Assembly (NCBI RefSeq): GCF_030144855.1
Contig: NC_082731.1
Span: forward strand, 22,320,001-22,384,000
Direction: 5' to 3'
Length of the DNA stretch: 64,000 nucleotides
From: Hypanus sabinus
Taxonomy: Eukaryota
Both the position numbers and the translations under genes were made by a program. Shown piece by piece: positions 12,394 through 22,190 of the stretch; positions within the stretch are counted from its first letter, which is position 1, and every line of letters starts with the position of its first letter. The notes beneath the pieces are model-generated. The model saw nothing but the letters and a program-made list of their open reading frames with translations. It did not search any database and had not been told where the DNA came from.

Positions 12394-15300
12394 CTATGTA
12401 GTTAATCCTATCGTTTGTAAGTATGGGAGCCAAATTTTCAAAAATATATCTTATTCATTTCTTAGAATGTATGTATTTTTTTCAAGTGGAATACTACTAT
12501 GTATGTCATTATTCCAACAATCCATAGTTAAATATTAATCAGATTTCCAAGTAACTGCGATAACGTTTTTGGCTACTGCCAATGCAATTTTCATATTCTT
12601 TTTCTGATCTTTATTCAACTTAATTATCGGTATTGTCCCTTCAATGTCTCCTAATAAAAATAATTCTGGACTATGTAGGAGTTGTACTCCAGCAAATTTG
12701 TTCCAATCAAAGTCTTAGATTTATCCAAAACGATTGAATTATAAAACAAGTCCAAGTAGAATGTAAAGAAGTACCAATTTCTTGATTACATCGAAAACAT
12801 TGGTGAGACATATTTGAATTTAATCTATTTATTTTCTGTGGTGTTATATATAATTGATGTAAACGATTATACTGTATTAATCTTAGTCGAACATTTACTG
12901 TATTTCTCATACAATCAGAACATAATCTTGTCCAGTTTTTACCATCAATTTTAACATTCAAATCAGATTCCCATTTTTGTCTTGATTTATTAATTACTGA
13001 TTTAATTGTCTGTTTTTGAATGAAATTATGCATACAAGATGTAATTTTTAAAATATTTATATTTTGAATTAATATTTCTATTTCCCCAGGTTTTGTCATC
13101 AACATTGTTTGTCCCAGTTTTTCTCGTAAATAAGCCTTTAATTGAAAATACCAGAAAAGAGTGTTATCTGATATTTTATATTTATTTTTTAATTGATCAA
13201 ACGACATCAATATACCTCCTTCAAAACAATCACCTATATATTTAATCCACTTTGGGAACCAATTATGTAAAAGTTTATTATCCATTGTAAAATGAATAAG
13301 TCTATTTTGAATTAACGTTCTTTTTGCTAATAAAGATTTCTTCATCTCATCGTCGATATATACCTTATTCCATAAATCAATCAATTGTCTTAATACAGGA
13401 GATTCTTTTATTTTTTTTCCCGTATCCATTTGGCTTCCCATTTATATATAAATCTTCTGGTATGTTTTATCCTATCTTATCTAATTCTATTCTAATCCAT
13501 GCCGGTTTTGCTTCATCAAAAAAGACGCAATAAATCTAAAATTTGGAAGTTGTAACCCTCCTAAATCAAATTTACATATCAATTTTTCCAATGATATACT
13601 TGACATCTTTCCATTTCCAAAGAAATTTCCTTACATATTTATTCAGCTCCTGAAAAAACATCTGACGTAATTGTATTGGTAAAGTTTGGAATAAATATTG
13701 CAATCTAGGAAATATTTTCATTTTTACAGCATTGACTCTACCTATTAATGTTCAGGTAAAATCATCCATTTTTCAAGATCCTTTTTATTTTTTAATAATG
13801 GCAAATAATTTTGTTTATATATTTTTTGTTACATCATTATCAACTCTAATACCTACATATTTATCCCATTTATTGACCATCGAAGTTGAGTTACTAATCG
13901 ACATTGATTTTTCGTTTGGTAAGTGGTAAAATTTCACTTTTATCCCAATTTACTTTATACCCTGATACTTTCCCATATTATTCCAATCCAAAATATAATC
14001 TTTGCAAAGATAGCATTGGGTTGTTAAATAAATCAAAACATCATAAGCAAATAAATTAATCATATATTCTTCTTGATTAACTCTAAAGCCCCCTCTGACT
14101 GAATCTGTTCTAATTAATTCGGCTAATGGTTCTATTGCCAATTCAAATAAAGCAGGTGATAATGGGAAGCCTTGCCCAGTTGACCTCGTTTAGCAAAATG
14201 GTGTTGAAAGCTGTCCATTTGTAACGACTTTACCTTGAGGAATATTATTTCAGGTTTAAATCCATTGTATAAAAGATTTTCCTAAATCTTATTTTTCCAA
14301 TACCTTAAATAAAAAATCCCATTCCAATCTATCAAATGCTTTTTCTGCATCCAAAGCAACTGCCACACTAATTTCCTCTCTTTTTTTGTGCTAAACGAAT
14401 TATACTAAGTAACCGGGTTATATTAGCCACCGATTCTCTGTTTGTAATAAAACCTGTCTGATCCATATGTATTAACTTTGGGAAATATTTAGATATTCTA
14501 TTTGATAAAATTGTTGCTATTATTTTATAATCTGTATTCAACAAAGAAATAGGCCTATATGATGTTGGTTTTAAAGGATCTCTATCTTTTTTTGGCAATA
14601 CAGTTATGCTTGCTGTTAAAAAAGATTGTGGGAGTTTATGCACTTTCCACTTGGTATATTAATTCCATAAAAGGAGGAATTCATAAATCTTTAATTATTT
14701 TATAAAATTCAGGAAGAAAACCATCTTCTCATTGGGATTTATTACATTGAAGTGATCCTAAAGCTACTTCAACCTCTTTAAATGTAAAGGGCATATGTAA
14801 TCCTTTCTGTTCTTACAAATTTAATTTTCGAAGGATTATTTGTGATAAAAAAAATATCTAACTCAGCAATCTTATTTTGTGATTCTGATTGATATAGTTT
14901 AGTATAATTTCTTTTAAAAGTTTCATTAATTTCTAAATGTTTATATGTAGCCTTATTTACACATGTTCTAATTGCATCTATTGTTTTAGAAGCCTGTTCT
15001 GTTTTCAACTACCAAGCAAGAATTTTATGTGACCTTTCACCTAATTCGTAATATTTCTGTTGAATTCTCATAATTACTTTTTCTGTACGATATGTCTGCA
15101 GTGTATTATATTGTAGTTTTTTATTAACAAGTTGTCTTCGCTTTTCTTCTGTCATATATCTTTGAGATTAATTTTCGATCTTTATGATACCTTTTTCCAA
15201 TTGATCTATTTCTGATATATATTCCTTCTTAATTTTAGATGTATAACTTATAATCTGACAACTTAAATATGCTTTCATCGCTTCCCATAATACAATTTAA

Positions 15301-16131
15301 TCCTCAACTGATGTAAATTTGTACCCAAAAAAAAAGAATCTGTTTTTTCCATAAAATCTTGACGTTTTAATAAAATTGAATTAAATCTCCATCTATAAAT
15401 CGATTCCTCCTTATCCACCATTATCATTGTCATTATCAAGGGGGAACGATCTGGAAGTATTCTTGCTTTATATTCCACGCTTTTCACTCTATCTTGAATA
15501 TTTTTTTGATAATAAAAAATCAATTCTTGAGTAAGTTTTATGTCTATTTGAATAAAGTGAATAATCTTTTTCTCTTGCATTAATTTTTCTCCTTATATCA
15601 ACCAGGTTCAAGTCTTTCAATAATGATAAAGTTAGTTTTATTACATCTGATTTTGTAGCAAATATAGTTGACCAATCCAAAACTGGATATAAACAAAAAA
15701 TAAAATCTCCACCTATTAATATTTTATGATGTGCATTAGCCAAATTCAAAAAAGCTTCCTGTTTGAATTTTGCATCATTTTCATTTGGTGCATAAATGTT
15801 CATAAAAGTCCTTAGTTCTGAAAAAAATTGACAATGCATAATCACATATCTCCCAAAATATCAAATATTACATTTTTATTATTAATTGGTAAAGATTTAT
15901 TAACCAAAGTTGCAACTCCTCTAGAGTTTGAATTAAATGAAGCTGCAATGACATTTCCAACCAAATCCCTCTTTATTTTCTTAAGTTCTGCTTCTGCTAA
16001 CTGTGTTTCTTGTAAAAAAAAACTACATCTGCTTTCGTTTTCTTAATATATGTACAAACTCCTTTTCTTTTCAAAAGTCCATTAAGTCCATTAACATAAA
16101 ACATAAAAAAAGTAAATTCATCATTCATCAT
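12394..16131 (-). pseudogene. L1 ORF2 (endonuclease / reverse transcriptase), frameshifted
   Basis: Fragments: FYVNGLNG..KRK, NIYAPN..LIGGDF, SRIDF, KKDRDPLKPTSYRPISLLNTDYKI..DQTGF, AIEPLA..INLFAYDVLIYL, CFRCNQEIGTSLHSTWTC. ATG at 16131, TAG at 12394-12396. Many frameshifts and stops. Confidence 0.85.
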
Positions 16132-16335
16132 ACCTTGGGAACTCTTTAAAATTCTCGATGTTGCTCTGAGTTTCGCCCCAACCATCCAGGCATCCAGGCA
16201 AAAAAGAAGAAAAAGTGCAGAAAGATAATAAATATATAAGAAAAACAAGTAACCCGCTACTAATGTTGCGAATAAAAAAACACAACATTACACCCCCCCC
16301 CCCATTCTACGGGTCATGGCAATCGCCATGATTAA

Positions 16336-17185
16336 CATTAAAGATAAACATATAACCATATAACAATCACAGCACAGAAACAGGCCATCTCGGCCCTCCT
16401 AGTCCTTGACGAACTCTTAATCTCACCTATTCCCACCTAACCGCACTCAGCCCATGACCCTCCACTCCTTTCCTCTCCATATACCTATTCAATTTTACCT
16501 TAACTGACACAACTGAACTGGCCTCTACTACTTCTACAGGAAGCTCATTCCACAAAGCTATCACTCTCTGAAGAAAGAAATATCTCCTCGTGTTTCCCTT
16601 AAACTTCTGCCCCCTAACTCTGAAATCATGTCCTCTCGTTTGAATCCCCCCTACTCTCAATGGAAACAGCCTATTCACGTCAACTCTATCTATCCCTCCC
16701 AAAATTTTAAATACCTCGATCAAATCCCCCTTCAACCTTCTAGGCTCCAATGAATAAAGACCTAACTTGCTCAACCTTTGTCTGTAACTTAAGTGCTGAA
16801 ACCCAGGTAACATCCCAGTAAATCGTCTCTGCACTCTCTCTAATTTATTGATATATTTCCTATAATCCGGGGACCAGTACAGTACACAATATTCCAAATT
16901 TGGCCTTAACAATGCCTTGTACAATTTTAACATGACATCCCAACTTCTGTACTGAATGCTTTGATTTATAAAGGCCAGCGTTGCAAAAGCCTTCTTCACA
17001 ACCCTATCTACATGAGCCTCCACCTTCAGGGAACTATGCACTGTTATTCCTAGATCTCTCTGTTCCTCTGCATTCCTCAATTCCCTACCATTTACCCTGT
17101 ATGTTCTATTTGGATTATTCCAGCCAAAATGTAGAAACTCACACTTCTCAGCATTAACCTCACACTTCTCAGCATTTCACACGTA
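16336..17185 (-). mobile_element. Young CR1-type LINE 3' portion nested in the L1 inter-ORF spacer
   Basis: Uninterrupted 217-codon ORF2 C-terminus (16427..17080: QRDLGITVHSSLKV...RPNLEYC...RRLKGDLIEVFK) with a (GTTATATG)n tail. Absent at the equivalent site of copy 2 (about 43315). Confidence 0.9.
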
Positions 17186-17392
17186 AAATGTACACGTGTA
17201 ACTCGCAGCCATCGATCAGGAGCTTCGCCAGGTCCTCCGCCAAAAAAAATGCATACATTAGTGAAGAAATGAAAGAAAATAATTAAAGTCTCTACTCCCA
17301 ATTAATAGACCTCAACTATTTTTTTATATAAATGTCTGTCAAGTCCAACCTTGTTTCTGTATTCATGATTAGTCCATTTAATTTCTATAATT

Positions 17393-18820
17393 TTACTTAT
17401 CTTCGTGATCATCAGGCAATTCTTGTACAAGTGTCTCCGCTTTCCGGTAGTCAACGAAAATTCTTCTTTCTTTGTTATCCAGGAAAGTTATCAATTATGC
17501 TGGGTAACACAATAAAAATTTATAGCCGTTTTCCCATTATTATTTTTTCACTAGATTAAATTCCTACCGCCTCTTCAGAAGATCATAACTTATGTCTGGA
17601 TTTAAAAAAAAAACAGAGACACTTTTCCCTTCTATTGTCAATGGCCCATTTCTCTTTTTAGCACCTTGAGTAGCTGTCTTCAAGATCAGTTCTTTATCCA
17701 ATACCAGAGGGCATGGATTGAGAATAAGAGGTCAGTTATTTAAAACAGAGTTGACAAAGAACTTCTTCTCCCAGAGAGTTGTTGAGGTGTGGAATGCACT
17801 GCCTCGGAAGACGGAGGAGGCCAATTCTCTGGCTGCATTCAAGAAGGAGCTAGATAGATATCTGATGGATAGGGGAATCAAGGGATATGGGGACAAGGCA
17901 GGGACTGGGTATTGATAGTGAATGATCAGCCATGATCTCAGAATGGCGGTGCAGACTCGAGGGGCCGAATGGTCTACTTCTGCACCTATTGTCTATTGTC
18001 TATCTTGGCACCTTAAGCATTTTATCAAAATTGATCTTGGAATTTGATCTTGTTGAGGTCTTGGCCTTAAAGCTCTTTGTGCTCTTTCAATTTCACTTAC
18101 TTGGCTTCCTTCTTTCATTTCCAAAATGTTCGGAATCCATTCTTGAAAGAATTTTTATTGGATTTTCTCGCTCTGTACGTCCCATAAGACTAAACATTTT
18201 GATATTGTTTCGTCTATTTGAGTTTTCAAGCTCATCTATTTTTTTTCCAACATCCGTTTTCTTTCTATTGTCCAGGCAAGATTATTGTCTTCTATCGTAT
18301 CTACTCTTTCAGTATTTTCTTCCACTTTTACTTCCATGTCTTTAACTTTATTATCCATCTTCTTTTGTTTTTCCACCACATAATCGTGCATATTCTGCAT
18401 TCTTCTTATAGCTTTTAATTCATTCATAATATATAACAGAATATCTTTTATGTCTCCTTTAATCTCCTCTTTCTTTTCTTCTTCTTCTTCCTCGGAATTT
18501 CCCAAAGAGTCTGATTCCACTTCCGATTCATTTCCAGTTTCACTTCTCTCCGTAGTTGGGATTTGAAGTTTTGTAACTTTCGTTAATATCTGTTCATGCA
18601 TACTTGTTTCTTCGCGCATGCGTTGTTCTTGCCGTTTCTTCTTAGAGACCGCCGACATTGTTGCAACTCACTGTCCCGCATCATTAGAAGTGTCATGCAC
18701 TTCGCCTGTAGGGGATCCAACTTGAGTCCGAGGCTTCGCCGATACGGTTAGGCCTTTTTCTCCGCCGATTTGCGCAATCTTCTAAGTAGTAGCTTTCTTC
18801 TGTTTCGGTTTAGTAGCCAT
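17393..18820 (-). pseudogene. L1 ORF1 (coiled-coil / RRM / CTD nucleic-acid chaperone), disrupted
   Basis: Starts MATKPKQKK. Coiled-coil segment in ORF 18236..18658. C-terminus YPAKLIIF...FVDYRKAE..ELPDDHEDK* with stop at 17393-17395. Interrupted by a CR1 at 17699-18000. Confidence 0.8.
17699..18000 (+). mobile_element. Short CR1 3' end inserted into L1 ORF1
   Basis: Reads NFFSQRVVEVWNALP..FKKELDRYL, then the 3' UTR and a (CTATTGT)n tail. TATC lies on both sides. The empty site ttctttatcttgg is present in copy 2 at 43815-43827. Confidence 0.9.
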
Positions 18821-19039
18821 ATAAAAAGATAATCCTGAATTACTAATAAATAGCTTCTAGTAGATATTGGTTAATTCTTCTTCATTTAAACCCTATTTCA
18901 TTACTTTTTTACCAGGGAGCTGGATTCCCAATTTCTCGATCCTACGTCTTCACGTGACGTCCCCGCTCAGAGAATAATCTTTTTTTCATTCAAAATAAGA
19001 TCGATTGGCTTCTGTATCTCCTCCCGCACTTGTGGTATC

Positions 19040-19590
19040 TATTATCTAAACAGGCATTCGACTTTAACGGCGTCCTCGAAATAACATGTGCTGTTAGATG
19101 CTCTCTTTTTTGTTGTACCCTTTAGCATCATGACAAATGAAGAACCACCAATCTCTGCTTTAACGAGACAGAACGACCGGGCTCAACTACTCTGGCATTG
19201 AAAGCCACAGATTTACCACCCTCTGGCGAAAGAAATTCAAAATCATCTCTGCACTTCCACTCTGACTTTATACTAAGTGTTCAAAACGGTAAATAATATC
19301 TTTTACCCTCCAGCAGATGCAGACCCAGAGTTGTCCACAGTTTAATGCTTTCATGTCAGGACTTCCTGTGAACCTTGTTTGCTTCCTATCCGTCTCCCTG
19401 ATTTTATTCATGACAATTTATTTCCTGTATTGGCATGGGTTCCTATTTTGTTACACAGCCTTTTGAGCGATAACTTGTCAGAGGCCTTAAAATCCATGTG
19501 AACAATACGGGCTTACTCAGCTTCGTCGACATCGGCTTTTATTTCCTCATATACTCCCAACAGATTTCTTGGGGCAAGACCGTTGTTGAA
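19040..19590 (-). mobile_element. Old CR1 RT fragment
   Basis: Minus strand gives a degenerate NLLE..E...VDE and HMDFKASDKL..KRLCNKIGTH (compare YLDFQKAFDKVPHKRL). Paralog at about 44830-45390. Confidence 0.55.
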
Positions 19591-21500
19591 GAAAACAAGT
19601 GGAATTTGGGCTATATTATCACTTTAGTCCACATACCCCGAAACATTAGCCCGAATAATTCAATGTCTGAAAGCAGTGGCTCGATGATGCAGGAGTGCTT
19701 TATTTTTCCCCCTGTGCAGTTGCACCTGTCAGGGCTGCGAACAGAAAATCGGCTTGTACTATAATCATTGCGTATTTCTTGGTCACACCTGCTCTCAGTT
19801 GAAGACGTAAAGCTTTCCGAATCAGACAGACACAGCGGAAGTTAATTGATATATGTAAGAGACATGAGGAGATGTCACATCATTTACATGTGTAGTTGTT
19901 GCAGTCCTTTCTGTCTTTGATGCTTGCATCACTGGAAGCGACAAAGTGGTTTGCGACTTGTAACTTTACCTGAGCGTCACTATTTAACATATCCACAGGG
20001 AAGCTAAACATTTTTTCTGATTTTTTTCCCCCTGTGCAGCAAAGCCAATGTAACAGAAGATTCATCGACTTGTTATATAAATATATCCTCATGTTGCCAA
20101 GCGCAGCGTTTTCATCTTTTTACCCATTGCCCCTGAGGAGGAAATTTCTTGAAGTACAAATATAAAATATCTCTTTACGCTCCTTGTATATATACATCTT
20201 TAACTATCATTATATTTTAAAGTTGGGAATGTTAAATCCGTTTTTTTTTTTTCTAACTTTCTCGGCACCAGTTCTGGATCATTGCACATGTGGAAACACT
20301 GGCAGTATTTAATTTAATCTTTACAAAGTCCAGCAGATTTATTTTACTGGACGAAGTTTGGTTATATCAAAATAATAACGAATTGGCGAAGATAAGATTT
20401 TAGTTGTGTCTCTCTATTAGAAGGGAAGGGGTTTATTTTCCAACAATCTGAGCTCCTGCCCTAACAGAATATCTATGCATTGAACGAAAAGTTTTCCGAA
20501 ACAAGCTGTTCCACCAACTCAAATATTTCCATACTGTAGTTGGGAATGTTAAGCGTAACCAATATTAATATGAGACAAGTTTCGTCAGTCTCCAATTGAT
20601 TGTGATAATTTTGCACAGGTTAAAAATTCCGTGTGCATGTCTTCCTCATCAAACAACCACAATGTTGCTGAAAATCCATCATTTTACTCCAATAATATGA
20701 AATCTAAAGGGGCAAATTTCCTCCAAATTCCTCCAAAACTGGAAGGAGAGGCAAATCTTGTATCAGCGGGCTTCGCTGCTGGTTCACAACTGACATATTG
20801 TTTTTTTATTTCAGTATATTTTTTCTGCATTCCGTTACTTGAAGGGACGTCCAATTGGTTTCATCCAACGGTAGTCAACAATACTTCTGCTTGTCAGATA
20901 TCATAACCGAGGAAATATCGGTGTACACAATAACTTTAACCAACAGAGCTAAACGGCGCGATGGATCCCTTGATGCTGTAATTGAACTTAGGAAATCGAT
21001 TTTTTTGTGAACCAATCATCTGAATAATTGAAAAAAGAAGCATGGAGGAAACGAACGCATCAGACAAGAGATGCAACGTTGACAGAGAGAAATGTCGATA
21101 ATTTCGTAATGAGCACCCAGGTCAATGGAAATTTCGCCGTCCAGAGGTACTGCGAGCGGTGGTTAAATATTGTGACAAGTCCGTTAGCATGTTATTATAA
21201 TTGTAGCTGCAACTTTTGAGTAAAAAGTAAAAGACAAAATGTAAACACCCACTGTAATATATGGTGTCGCTATAAAGACATCACTCAGGTCAAACGAATG
21301 TTAATCAATTGCTCATAATTTCCAAGACTTCTACACAATCAGATAAGCAGTTTGAGACACTGTAATGACTTAACGAAATCACACGTTGCATTTCCACCGT
21401 GGCCATTGTTTCAGTCTGCATCTTCTTGCGAAACGTGCCGCAGAACCAGCTTTAACTATATGCTGCCCCCTAAAGTCTGCAAATTGTAACTTTTAAAAAT

Positions 21501-21539
21501 GGTTTTTGTAGTGGCGTTCTGCAGCTCGGCACTAATGTG
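21501..21539 (-). promoter_or_regulatory. 23-bp-spacer recombination signal sequence of V copy 1
   Basis: Minus strand: heptamer CACATTA (21539-21533), 23-nt spacer GTGCCGAGCTGCAGAACGCCACT, consensus nonamer ACAAAAACC (21509-21501). It directly abuts the V exon. Confidence 0.92.
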
Positions 21540-21980
21540 GGCATCATGGCACAGAAAAATACGGAGGAGTCGGAGATACGAGCGTCAGATATTCTGAAAG
21601 GAACCGTCGCACTTCCCTTGTCTACTGCAGCCGAAAACCGGTCTGGGCAATCGGATGATTGCTCTCCACCACTCCCTGTTGGATATCTCTTCAGTAAATA
21701 TTTCAAAGGTTGTCCGGGATATTGCATGTACCAGAACAGGGTGTTAGCAGCTGTTGCAGGGTAGCTGCAGTTCAGCAGCACAGGTTGACCTTCCTGAACC
21801 TCAACTTCTGCCGGATCTTGGATTACCATATATTCAGCACTCGCGCCTGGAAGAATAAAAGAAACTCATGAGCATTTCCCAAGGGAACGACAAACCAGGG
21901 GAGGCGCACGATCATTATAAACTGAACATACCGGGTAGTGCAGGCAAAAATATTAGTGACCAAAATCGGATTGCCCACAT
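21540..21980 (-). CDS. TRAV: T-cell receptor alpha/delta variable gene segment, copy 1 (leader exon 21980-21932, intron 21931-21847, V exon 21846-21540); apparently functional
   Basis: Spliced frame is open: MWAIRFWSLIFLPALP-G-ASAEYMVIQDPAEVEVQEGQPVLLNCSYPATAANTLFWYMQYPGQPLKYLLKRY...DRFSAAVDK...RISDARISDSSVFFCAMMP. C23, W41 and C104 are present. GTATGT donor, TTCCAG acceptor, phase-1 intron, 3' 23-RSS. Alpha versus delta cannot be separated from sequence alone. Confidence 0.9.
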
Positions 21981-22084
21981 GTCCTCTGCTTTGTCGAGTA
22001 CTACGAACAACATTGAAACCTGCTGATTTTGCTGCTCTGGCTGGTTAACAGAAATGTGTTCGAAGTATACCTCCCATCAGATGC

Positions 22085-22190
22085 TCATGATTGGTTCTTA
22101 GAAAAAGAGGGAGGGAGCGACAAAGAAAATTATAAAAAACATAACTAAGCGATTGGTTGCTTTGGCTGCAAGTTGAACATTAATTGGTCA
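22085..22190 (-). promoter_or_regulatory. Putative V-segment promoter with three CCAAT boxes
   Basis: CCAAT on the minus strand (ATTGG on +) at 22090-22094, 22152-22156 and 22183-22187, 110-205 bp upstream of the ATG. All three are retained in copy 2. Confidence 0.5.

Larger units (their letters stand above)
12156..18966 (-). mobile_element. Full-length decayed L1-clade LINE (5' UTR, ORF1, about 0.4-kb spacer, ORF2, A-rich tail) with TSD
   Basis: TSD tcagagaataatc at 12143-12155 and 18967-18979. 5' end is GGGGACGTCACGTG. T-rich tail on the + strand at 12156-12172. EN, RT and C-terminal motifs are spread across fragmented ORFs. Two nested CR1 insertions. Confidence 0.9.

Noticed and set aside
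17932-18345. 137-aa hydrophobic plus-strand ORF
   Set aside because: Antisense shadow of the purine-rich L1 ORF1 plus the CR1 tail.
20560-20640. Minus-strand TGT GCA AAA ... CACAATC resembling a V 3' end
   Set aside because: No YxC context, no upstream V framework, and no nonamer at 12 or 23 bp.
21470-21539. ORF-track extension ...PTLVPSCRTPLQKPFLKVTICRL after the V domain (also 47362-47431)
   Set aside because: It is simple read-through of the RSS, not a coding tail.
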